Of a DNA stretch of 63,098 nt, positions 16,810 to 25,034 are shown piece after piece. This DNA is from Candidatus Parcubacteria bacterium (GTDB lineage: Bacteria; Patescibacteriota; Minisyncoccia; UBA6257; 2-01-FULL-56-20), in contig JBEEJO010000001.1 of the NCBI GenBank assembly GCA_041169145.1, positions 1 to 63,098 on the forward strand, given 5' to 3'. Every line of letters starts with the position of its first letter. Positions within the stretch are counted from its first letter, which is position 1. A model generated the notes under the pieces. The model worked only from the letters and a program-made list of their open reading frames with translations. It was not told where the DNA came from and searched no databases. Both the position numbers and the translations under genes were made by a program.

Positions 16810-18358
16810 AGTTTAATTGATCCACGCACAGCTTCCGCTACGCGTGCCTTGTTACGACTTAGCCCATGTCACCGAGCCAGAACTAATCCCACCGAAGCGA
16901 GACTTCATCCTTTCCCGGCTTCCTTGGCTTGACGGGCAGTGAGTACAGGACTCGAGAACGTATTCACCGCAACGTAGCTGATTTGCGATTACTAGCGATT
17001 CCGGCTTCATGGGGTCGAGTTGCAGACCCCAATCCGAACTGAGGCCAGGTTTTGTGGGGTTAGCTCCGGCTTACGCCTTGGCGACCCATTGTCCTGACCA
17101 TTGTAACACGAGTGTAGCCCAGGGCATCAGAGGGCCATGCGGATTTGACGTCATCCCCTCCTTCCTCCCCCGCCGAAATCCGCAACGATTGTTGTGAACT
17201 TTGGCGGGGGCAGTTTCGCGTGACACTTGTAACACGCGATAGGGGTTGCGTTCGTTCACCCAATTAAGGGGACGCCTCACGGCACGAACTGACGACAACC
17301 ATGCAGCACCTGTGCTTTCTGTCCTTGTGAGAGGTCTTCCCTTTCGGGAAGATTTCAAAAAGCATTTCAAGCCCTGGTAAGGTTCCTCGCTTATCGACGA
17401 ATTAAACCTCATGTTCCACCGCTTGTGCGAGTCCCCGTCTATTCCTTTGAGTTTTAAGCTTGCGCTCGTACTTCCCAGGCGGCCTGCTTAACGCGTTAGC
17501 TCCGGCACTCCGAGGGTCGATACTCGAAACACCAAGCAGGCATCGTTTAGGGCGTGGACTACAAGGGTATCTAATCCTTTTTGCTCCCCACGCTTTCGTG
17601 TCTCAGAGTCAGGAAGGTCCCAGTGCACTGCCTTCGCCTTTGGTGTTCCCCACGATATCAACGGATTTCACCCCTACACCGTGAGTTCCATGCACCTCTA
17701 ACCTCCTCTAGTCCTGCCGTATTCCACGCAGTTCCACCGTTAGGCGGTGGGATTTAACATGAAACGCACAGAACCTCCTACACACGCTTTACGCCCAATA
17801 AATCCGGATAACGCTTGAGGTCTACGTATTACCGCGGGTGCTGGCACGTAGTTACCAACCTCTTTCCGTGGAGCCCTCACTTGCGTTGGTACTCCACTAC
17901 CGCAGTTTACAACCCGAAGGCCTTCATCCTGCACGCGGCGTCGCTCGATCAGGCTTTCGCCCATTGTCGAATATTCTCGACTGCTGCCTCCCGTAGGAGT
18001 ACGGACCGTGTCTCAGTTCCGTCGTTGGGGATCAGGCTCTCACCCCCCCTACCGGTCATAGCCTTGGTAGGCCATTACCCTACCAACTAGCTGATCGGAC
18101 CTAGGCCGATCCCGAAGCGCATTGCTGCGTTTACCCTTCGATTGCTCTCAGGGACTATCGGGTATTACTCCGCCTTTCGGCGGACTATCTCCGTCTTCAG
18201 GGTACGTCACCAAGGTGTTACTAACTCGTTCGCCGCTACTCTATCCCATCCGTCGCTTTGATGTAATCGCAACTTCTTCAAAGATAGAATCGCTCGACTT
18301 GCATGCCTTATCCACGCCGCCAGCGTTCATCCTGGACCAGGATCAAATCCTCAGTAAA
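16810..18358 (-). rRNA. rrs: 16S ribosomal RNA (orphan, no 23S/5S or spacer tRNAs adjacent)
   Basis: Minus strand reads ...GGATTTGATCCTGGTCCAGGATGAACGCTGGCGG at the 5' end. It has GTGCCAGCACCCGCGGTAATAC, ATTAGATACCCTTGTAGTCC, and AAGTCGTAACAAGG...GGATCA at the 3' end. The exact 3' boundary is uncertain. Confidence 0.93.
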
Positions 18359-18730
18359 AATCGCGCATTTGTTCAACACGCGAGCTTAAGCGCTATCGAT
18401 AACGCTCAAACTCGCATGTCTCACGTGCGTGAGTCTTGCTGCGATTGAATGTCTGTTTTTTGTCTGTATCCCACCGTCTCCGAAACTCCTGCGGGACATG
18501 CCCGCGTGTGTTCCGGTTGCGATGCTGATACTCAGCAACCGCAAAAACACATCTCGCCGATGGCTGAACGTGTATTGCGACCACTGGTTATTGGGACAAC
18601 GAAAAAACTCTCTTTTTACCAGTTAATCTGATATCACCCCTCTTCGTCCGCCTTGCGGAAGAGCGGGGGCAAATTTTTCAAAACAACACAACCTGCGGCG
18701 ACCCTGAGGCCGCCATCGGATGCAGGGTCT

Positions 18731-18758
18731 ATTATAGGGATGGCCCGCGTTCTGTCAA
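18731..18758 (-). promoter_or_regulatory. consensus promoter TTGACA-16-TATAAT, about 370 nt upstream of mature 16S
   Basis: Plus-strand tgtcaa at 18753-18758 and attata at 18731-18736. Confidence 0.6.
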
Positions 18759-18958
18759 GGTGCTCAGATCCTTTCTCCGAAAGAACCGGTGTCGTTCCGG
18801 TTCCAGCGACCGGACCGCACCTGCTTCTCATCCCGCCAACCGAGCACATAATGCGTTATGTGCTCGGACCAAGCTTGGCGGGATTCCGAAAGCTTCTTTC
18901 GGAGAAAGGATCTTCGCTCTGCGAAGCCGTTCCAGAGAGTGGCCAGTATTATCCCCAA

Positions 18959-18987
18959 TTGACAGGAGTATGTTATTAGGATATAAT
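18959..18987 (+). promoter_or_regulatory. consensus promoter TTGACA-17-TATAAT
   Basis: Perfect hexamers at 18959-18964 and 18982-18987, 33 nt upstream of the ATG at 19021. Confidence 0.65.
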
Positions 18988-19020
18988 CTCCGCGGTTCGT
19001 CAACTCTTGGAGGTCAACGA

Positions 19021-19242
19021 ATGAAAAAGCGAGTTATCATCGCCGGTGGCGTAACGCTCGGAGCCGTGGCGGCAGGAGCAGCCGTAAGCGCCCTCGCGCA
19101 CAGGCGCGCGAAGAAGTTGGAGGAGCTCGGGGATCCAAATCCCCTCGCCCTCTCCTCCGGCGCAAAGACCACGACCGAGCTGGACGATCTCGAACGCCTC
19201 ACTCGCGCCGCCCGCTGTCCCGGCGAGATCGTCAGTTCGTAG
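19021..19242 (+). CDS. hypothetical small membrane protein (73 aa)
   Basis: Complete unit: consensus promoter, GGAGGtcaacgaATG, one TM helix (VIIAGGVTLGAVAAGAAVSALA), and a terminator at 19254-19298. Confidence 0.55.
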   Translation: MKKRVIIAGGVTLGAVAAGAAVSALAHRRAKKLEELGDPNPLALSSGAKTTTELDDLERLTRAARCPGEIVSS

Positions 19243-19253
19243 AATCTCCCTTC

Positions 19254-19298
19254 CGCGTCCCGGAATCGCCTATTGCGGCTCCGGGACGCGCCTCTTTT
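19254..19298 (+). terminator. rho-independent terminator
   Basis: gcgtcccgg/ccgggacgc stem followed by gcctcttttt. Confidence 0.6.
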
Positions 19299-19304
19299 TC
19301 CTAT

Positions 19305-19332
19305 TTGCCATTTTTTTGAAGTTGGATATAAT
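19305..19332 (+). promoter_or_regulatory. promoter TTGCCA-16-TATAAT, 9 nt before the rpmE ATG
   Basis: Hexamers at 19305-19310 and 19327-19332. No SD. Confidence 0.6.
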
Positions 19333-19341
19333 GGACCAGTT

Positions 19342-19599
19342 ATGAAAACCGATATTCATCCCACATATTACAAGGATGCCAAGGTGCGTTGCGCCTGCGG
19401 CAATAGTTTTACGGTCGGCGCAACGCGGCCGGAGATCCGCGTTGAGATCTGCCACAACTGCCATCCGTTCTATACGGGCGAAAAGAAGCTTGTTGATACC
19501 GCGGGTCGCGTGGAACGGTTCACGACGCGCAGAACAAAAGCAGTTCCCGCACGGGTAAAGAAAGTTCGGATCCGCAAGAATAAAGTTACGTCACTGTAA
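19342..19599 (+). CDS. rpmE: 50S ribosomal protein L31
   Basis: [10 protein letters not shown]...CACGNSF...[11 protein letters not shown]. Confidence 0.9.
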   Translation: MKTDIHPTYYKDAKVRCACGNSFTVGATRPEIRVEICHNCHPFYTGEKKLVDTAGRVERFTTRRTKAVPARVKKVRIRKNKVTSL

Positions 19600-20034
19600 C
19601 CAAACTCCTTCCGGCAAACCGGTGAAGTTTTGGGCCTCTTGCGCGCTCCGCAGATATTTGCGCACGGAGGCGATGATGCGTTCAAGGCTGCTCGTCTTTC
19701 GGATATATCCCTCGGCGCCGACCTGTTGCGCGGCAAGCTGATCGACATCCAATCCCCCCGGCCGGATGTCGCCGAGCTTGGTAAGGAAAAATATCCGTAA
19801 ACCGCGCGTTAAAGGGTCTGTCTTCAGATCCAAAATGACACTCACCCCATCCCGTGCTGGCAAATGAACTTCAGTGAGCATAAGGTCCGGACGCAAAGCT
19901 CGCGCTTTCTGCGCCGCGATGTTTCCGTCCTGCGCTATTTCAACGCGGCAGCCTATTCCAGTGAGCCGCCCCGAAAGTTCTTGAGCAAAGCTCGCATCGT
20001 TGTCTGCGAGGAGAATGAGCGGTCGTTTTTCCAT
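19591..20034 (-). CDS. response regulator receiver protein with short C-terminal extension
   Basis: LILLADND...LMLTEVHLP...FFLTKLG receiver pattern. The start is uncertain (20034 or 20091). Confidence 0.7.
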   Translation of the reverse strand: MEKRPLILLADNDASFAQELSGRLTGIGCRVEIAQDGNIAAQKARALRPDLMLTEVHLPARDGVSVILDLKTDPLTRGLRIFFLTKLGDIRPGGLDVDQLAAQQVGAEGYIRKTSSLERIIASVRKYLRSAQEAQNFTGLPEGVWLQ

Positions 20035-20147
20035 GGAAGCGATATGTCCATTATACATCATTTGCCCGGCATGGCTCTTCGGTCGTGACATAGACGCCTT
20101 TCTTGTAGTACAATCGTTTGCACAGAAGCGGTTCCACGAACTATTCC

Positions 20148-20879
20148 ATGAAAAAGCTCATTTTGGAGATTCGGGCCGGGGCGGGCGGCGATGAAGCCGC
20201 TATTTTTGCCGGCGATCTCGCGCGGATGTACCAGCGATATGCGGGAAAGCGCGGCTGGACATTCTCTATCCTTGATTCCAACGAAACGTCCTTGCAGGGC
20301 TATAAATCGCTCGTTGCCGAAGTGAAGGGCGAAGGATGTTATGACGCTCTGAAGCTCGAATCCGGCGTCCATCGCGTCCAGCGCATTCCGGCGACCGAAA
20401 AAGCTGGGCGCGTGCATACCTCAACGGCGTCCGTTGCAATCTTGCCCATCGTGGAAGCGAGGGAGGTCACCGTGAATCCGAACGATTTGGAGGTCACGTT
20501 TTCCCGCGCCGGCGGCCCGGGCGGGCAGAATGTGAACAAGATAGAGTCCGCCGTCCGCATTCTCCACAAACCGACGGGTATCGTTATCTCATGCCGAGTG
20601 GAGCGGAACCAGCACGCGAACCGCGAACGCGCGATGGAAGTGTTGCGCGCGAAACTCTGGGACCTGGAACAACAACGAACAACGGGCAATGTTTCCGAGA
20701 TCCGCCGCGAGCAGGTCGGGAGCGCTGACCGTTCCGAAAAAATACGCACCTATAATTTTCCCGACGACCGTATTACGGACCATCGCTTCAACGCGAAAGT
20801 ACACAATATCGAAAAAGTGCTTGAAGGCGATCTGGATGCGCTTTTGAAGAAGATAGCGAAGGGCGGGGCCGGGCAATAA
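20148..20879 (+). CDS. prfA: class I peptide chain release factor, RF1-type (PAT motif), lacking N-terminal domain 1
   Basis: [33 protein letters not shown] (PxT), GPGGQNVNK (GGQ), [14 protein letters not shown]. Only 243 aa (253 from the TTG at 20118). Confidence 0.8.
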   Translation: MKKLILEIRAGAGGDEAAIFAGDLARMYQRYAGKRGWTFSILDSNETSLQGYKSLVAEVKGEGCYDALKLESGVHRVQRIPATEKAGRVHTSTASVAILPIVEAREVTVNPNDLEVTFSRAGGPGGQNVNKIESAVRILHKPTGIVISCRVERNQHANRERAMEVLRAKLWDLEQQRTTGNVSEIRREQVGSADRSEKIRTYNFPDDRITDHRFNAKVHNIEKVLEGDLDALLKKIAKGGAGQ

Positions 20880-20930
20880 GACATTCCCAGGTGCTATGTG
20901 TTCGCATAGCACTCGTAAATGCCAAGTACG

Positions 20931-20964
20931 AACGGGGACGAATGATGTCCCCGTTTTACGTTTT
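20931..20964 (+). terminator. rho-independent terminator after prfA
   Basis: aacggggac/gtccccgtt stem followed by ttacgtttt. Confidence 0.65.
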
Positions 20965-21035
20965 GTCCGGCGCAGTGGTCGTCCCCATCGCGACGAACGA
21001 GTTGTTCGTCGTGGAAACGGTCAAATAGTAGAACT

Positions 21036-21069
21036 GTCCTAGTTGTATGCTATAGCATACAACTAGGAC
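21036..21069. promoter_or_regulatory. perfect 34-bp palindrome, candidate operator
   Basis: gtcctagttgtatgcta|tagcatacaactaggac, with 17 of 17 positions symmetric. Lies 96 bp upstream of the wHTH-Nudix gene. Confidence 0.45.
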
Positions 21070-21164
21070 GGGAACCGCCTCGGGCATGCTAATCAAGCGC
21101 CCAATTCCTATCCCCAACCTACTGAAGTCCGCTTCACTGGACGCACGGCGAACACGGCTCTAGG

Positions 21165-21875
21165 ATGCATTCTATGACTGCCATCAATCCGAACGACATA
21201 CATCCCATCCAGGGACGCATTCTCCGAGAACTCCTCTTTCATCCCGACCGGCGCTTCTCGGACCTTGCGCCTAAAGGTGTTCCCAGCGACCAACTGGCGT
21301 TCCACGTAAAACGCCTACTGGAGCTAAGTCTGTTGAATAAGCTTGGCGACCGGTACGAACTCACCGCAAGCGGCAAAGAGTTTGCCGGGCGTTTTGACAC
21401 CGACGGAGCTGAGACAATGGTGATGGAGAAACAAGCAAAACTATGCGTTCTTGTCACGTGTGTGCGCGATGGAAAATATCTTGTCCAACAGCGGCTCAAG
21501 CAGCCATTCTATGGATTCTATGGATTTGTTACCGGTAAGGTCAAAATGGGCGAAACGACCGCAGAAGCGGCCGCACGGGAACTCATGGAAGAAACTGGCC
21601 TAACGGCGAAACTCCTGCCCGTCGGCATAGAACATAAGATAGATCACTCCGCGAGCGGTGAACTTTTGGAAGATAAACACTTCTTCGCGTTTCGTGGCGA
21701 ACACCCGCAAGGGGCGCTTGTTGAGCGCTTTGAAGGAGGTCGGAATATGTGGCTCACCAAAGAAGAAATGCTCGCGATGCCAAACTTGTACGCCGATATC
21801 GCAGATGCCCTATCGTTATGGGAAAGTAAAGAATTCCACGTCATTGAACGGCGGTATACGGAAGAGAAATACTAG
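21165..21875 (+). CDS. winged-helix DNA-binding domain fused to NUDIX hydrolase
   Basis: N-terminal ILRELLFHPDRRFSDLA...LAFHVKRLLELSLL (ArsR/MarR-like wHTH). Nudix box GKVKMGETTAEAAARELMEETGL. Confidence 0.75.
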   Translation: MHSMTAINPNDIHPIQGRILRELLFHPDRRFSDLAPKGVPSDQLAFHVKRLLELSLLNKLGDRYELTASGKEFAGRFDTDGAETMVMEKQAKLCVLVTCVRDGKYLVQQRLKQPFYGFYGFVTGKVKMGETTAEAAARELMEETGLTAKLLPVGIEHKIDHSASGELLEDKHFFAFRGEHPQGALVERFEGGRNMWLTKEEMLAMPNLYADIADALSLWESKEFHVIERRYTEEKY

Positions 21876-22336
21876 AGACGCTTCGCCACTTCTGCTATCT
21901 CTTCCGCGATTCCTTCGATGAGATCGAAATTCTTTGCTTCGTCCGCCGTCACCCACGCGAAATCCGTCAGATCCTTGCCCAGTTTTACTTCGCCGCTTTT
22001 CCACGGCGCCCAGTACGAAAGAATAACGACCGGATAGCCGTCGGGACGGACGAACGCGAGGTCGCACACATATTCCGCGCGCCCAATTTCCAATCCGACC
22101 TCCTCTTGCACTTCTTTCTCAACCACCCATTGCACGACGTTGTACCATTGGTTCGCGAGCTGCGGCAGATGTTCGTACTCGTGGCGCACCAGCTTTCCAC
22201 CCGGCACCGTCCAGCGGTTCGGATGAACCTTTTCGTGCGCGGCACGTTTGGCTATCAAAAACTTGCCGTCCCTTGCGACAATACACGTCGCGACGACGAA
22301 ATGGATTCTCGGGTCTATTGCTTGTTCGTTACTCAT
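21872..22336 (-). CDS. NUDIX hydrolase
   Basis: Nudix box GGKLVRHE...VVEKEVQEEVGLE. Start set at ATG 22336, overlapping the ndk stop. Confidence 0.75.
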   Translation of the reverse strand: MSNEQAIDPRIHFVVATCIVARDGKFLIAKRAAHEKVHPNRWTVPGGKLVRHEYEHLPQLANQWYNVVQWVVEKEVQEEVGLEIGRAEYVCDLAFVRPDGYPVVILSYWAPWKSGEVKLGKDLTDFAWVTADEAKNFDLIEGIAEEIAEVAKRL

Positions 22337-22922
22337 CAACGCCGAAGCGCTTGTATGGGAACGGTTTGAATCCTTTGCCGAACCAGTGCTGTATCTCGTG
22401 CTCTGCCTCCTCCGGCGTCTCCGAGGCATGGAGCAAGTTCATCACTGCGCGCTTTTCGCTGTTCGCGAGCGCGGCGGAATCTATGGAGAAGTCGCCGCGA
22501 ATGGTGCCCATATCGGCCGCCGAGGGCATCGTTGCGCCGGCGATCTTCCGCACGACGTCAACCGCATGCACGCCCTGCACCGCCATCCGAACGAGTGGCG
22601 CCGAGGTCATGTAATCCACCAGCCATTTGCGGACCATCACGCCGATCTTCTTGTCGTCTTTGGTGCCTAATTCTTTCACCACGTCATAGCCGTATTTCTC
22701 ATACGTCGCCAGGCTCTTTTGCCCCAAACGACGGATCCACGCCTCATTCTTCGGATAGTGGTCGTCTATCTGCGCATGCGTCGGCTGGAACATCTCAAGC
22801 GCAACGACTTTCAGGTCGCGCTGTTCGAATCGTCGGATGATCTCGCCGATAAGCCCCTTCCGGACCCCGTCCGGCTTTATCATCACATAGGTCACCTCTT
22901 CTTTCGGTTTTCTCTTGTTCAT
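22329..22922 (-). CDS. ndk: nucleoside-diphosphate kinase (long variant with internal insertion)
   Basis: TYVMIKPDGV, NLLHASETPEEAEHEIQHWF (active-site His). Confidence 0.85.
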   Translation of the reverse strand: MNKRKPKEEVTYVMIKPDGVRKGLIGEIIRRFEQRDLKVVALEMFQPTHAQIDDHYPKNEAWIRRLGQKSLATYEKYGYDVVKELGTKDDKKIGVMVRKWLVDYMTSAPLVRMAVQGVHAVDVVRKIAGATMPSAADMGTIRGDFSIDSAALANSEKRAVMNLLHASETPEEAEHEIQHWFGKGFKPFPYKRFGVDE

Positions 22923-22929
22923 GTGGTTA

Positions 22930-24357
22930 TTATTTTTCGTTCTTTATTGCTAATCCTAATTCATCAAGCTGCTTCTTGTCTACGGACGCAGGGCTTCCCA
23001 TCATCGGATCGCGGCCGTCGCCGGTCTTCGCGAACGCAATGACCTCGCGGATATTCGGCTCGTTCTGAAGTATCGCAACAAGCCGATCCAGCCCCCATGC
23101 GATGCCGCCGTGCGGCGGCGCGCCGAACGAGAGCGCCTGCAGCATATGGCCGAAGTTCTTTTCTATCCGCTCATCGGTGAATCCCATGATCGAGAAAACG
23201 GCTTTTAAGGCTTCGGGACGATGATTTCGGATGCTCCCCCCGCCGATCTCGAACCCATTCAGGGCAATATCATATTGCGTGGTGAGAATGTCGGGGATAT
23301 TCTTCCCGGCAAGCAGGTCGTCCGCATATTCCGGTTTCGGCGCCGAGAACGGGTTGTGCGTGAACGTCCACTGCGGTAATCCCTCGGCTGCTGCCTCGGG
23401 ATGAACGGGTCCTTCGACCCGTTCAAAGAACGGAAAATCGATGACCCAACAAAATGCGAGGAGGTTCGGGTCGTTCTTGTCGGTTCGCATGTCCGGTCGG
23501 TCGGTTTTGTACCGTTCCATCGCCTCCTTATACGTGAGGCGAGGAAATGGCTTTTCCTGTATCGTTTTCTCCGGGTAGAGCTTTTCCACCAATGCGATGA
23601 GCAATGCTTCGTTCAGGGCCATTACGTCTTCACGCTCTACGAAACTCATTTCCATATCAAGCTGAGTGAACTCCGGCTGACGGTCGCCGCGCGTATCCTC
23701 ATCACGGAAACACCGTGCGATCTGGAAATACTTTTCCACGCCCGCAACCATAAGCAATTGTTTATATTGCTGCGGCGACTGCGGGAGAGCATAGAAATTG
23801 CCGGGGCTTATCCGCGACGGCACAAGATAATCCCGCGCGCCTTCCGGCGTAGATCGCGAAAGCGACGGCGTTTCGATCTCAAGGAATCCTTTCTCATCCA
23901 TCCAGTCGCGGATGAATTTCACCAAGCGATGGCGCATGCGGAAATTCTTCGCCATCCGTTCGCGGCGCAGATCCAGATACCGATACTTCAAACGAACCTC
24001 TTCGTTGACGTCATAGCCATCCCCATCAACCGGTATCGGCATCTCCCCCGCCGGATTCAATACGGTGAGCGACTTCGCCTCTACCTCTATTGTGCCGTTC
24101 GGGACCTTGTCGTTCACCATCGCCGCCGGGCGGGCTTTCACCATGCCGGTCATATGGATGACATACTCGAGACGCATATCGCCTGCGCCTTGAATCTGGG
24201 GCGTAAACACGACCTGCACCAACCCCGTGCGATCGCGAAGATCAATGAAAATGATCTTCCCGTGATCGCGGCGGGCGTGCACCCAGCCGAAAAGCTCAAC
24301 CTCTTTCCCAGCGGAATTCTTCAGGTCTTGTATCCAGGTCCTCATAGGTAATGTCAT
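22930..24357 (-). CDS. aspS: aspartate--tRNA ligase, bacterial-type core without the GAD insertion domain
   Basis: GWVHARRDHGKIIFIDLRD, QSPQQYKQLLMVAG, FRDEDTRGDRQPEFTQLDMEMSF, GGGSIRNH. 475 aa. Confidence 0.9.
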   Translation of the reverse strand: MTLPMRTWIQDLKNSAGKEVELFGWVHARRDHGKIIFIDLRDRTGLVQVVFTPQIQGAGDMRLEYVIHMTGMVKARPAAMVNDKVPNGTIEVEAKSLTVLNPAGEMPIPVDGDGYDVNEEVRLKYRYLDLRRERMAKNFRMRHRLVKFIRDWMDEKGFLEIETPSLSRSTPEGARDYLVPSRISPGNFYALPQSPQQYKQLLMVAGVEKYFQIARCFRDEDTRGDRQPEFTQLDMEMSFVEREDVMALNEALLIALVEKLYPEKTIQEKPFPRLTYKEAMERYKTDRPDMRTDKNDPNLLAFCWVIDFPFFERVEGPVHPEAAAEGLPQWTFTHNPFSAPKPEYADDLLAGKNIPDILTTQYDIALNGFEIGGGSIRNHRPEALKAVFSIMGFTDERIEKNFGHMLQALSFGAPPHGGIAWGLDRLVAILQNEPNIREVIAFAKTGDGRDPMMGSPASVDKKQLDELGLAIKNEK

Positions 24358-24362
24358 GTGGT

Positions 24363-24391
24363 ATAATACGGCAATGATGGACTTTTCTCAA
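24363..24391 (-). promoter_or_regulatory. promoter TTGAGA-17-TATTAT, 5 nt before the aspS ATG; its -10 overlaps the plus-strand TATAAT of mgtC
   Basis: Plus-strand tctcaa at 24386-24391 and ataata at 24363-24368. Plus-strand tggTATAAT (24359-24367) lies 6 nt before ATG 24374. Confidence 0.55.
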
Positions 24392-24838
24392 ATGTATGCG
24401 CAGTTCGCGATCGCCATCGTCCTCGGCGCCCTCATGGGCCTGGAACGGGAGCTTGCCGGGAAAGAAGCCGGTATTAGAACCGGCATGATGGTTGCCAGCG
24501 GATCGGCGATATTCACCATTGTTGCGCTCCACCTGCCCGCTCTCCTCGCGGAGAATTATGCGACGAATGTCCACGACATCCTTGCCCATAATGCCGGCTT
24601 TTTGAACGTCATCGCGAACATCGCCGTCGGCATCGGATTTCTCGGCGCCGGCATCATCATCAAGACCGAAGAACATGTCTATGGCCTTACGTCTGCCGCC
24701 GTCATTTGGGTCATTGCGGCTGTTGGCATGCTTGCGGGACTCGGTCTTACGCAGTTCGCCGTCACGACCGCCGTGACGCTTTCCGTACTGCTCTATATCA
24801 TGCGTAAGCTCGGTATTTCGGAAAAGCTTCAACGCTGA
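24374..24838 (+). CDS. mgtC: MgtC/SapB family membrane protein
   Basis: IVLGALMGLERELAGKEAGIRTGMMV. Start moved to ATG 24374 (the longer ORF overlaps the aspS start). Confidence 0.8.
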   Translation: MMDFSQMYAQFAIAIVLGALMGLERELAGKEAGIRTGMMVASGSAIFTIVALHLPALLAENYATNVHDILAHNAGFLNVIANIAVGIGFLGAGIIIKTEEHVYGLTSAAVIWVIAAVGMLAGLGLTQFAVTTAVTLSVLLYIMRKLGISEKLQR

Positions 24839-25034
24839 GAGAAATAGCAACCCCTCGACCCGGCCAGGGTCGTCTTCCCTGTGCTATCCGTATTCGTCGC
24901 AAGGCGACGAAGGATTCTGGTCGTAAAAATGAAGTGGCCCGGGAACCTTGCAGTCCCCGGGCCGAACTTGAAACGAACCTGAAAGCGGCTGGCGAAGCCG
25001 GTGATGTGCGCCGGCAGCCTCCGCGTCGGAGTGG

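Noticed and set aside
21036-21069. Interpreting the 34-bp palindrome as the prfA transcription terminator.
   Set aside because: A conventional hairpin plus T-run terminator already lies at 20931-20964, and the palindrome has no T-run on either side.
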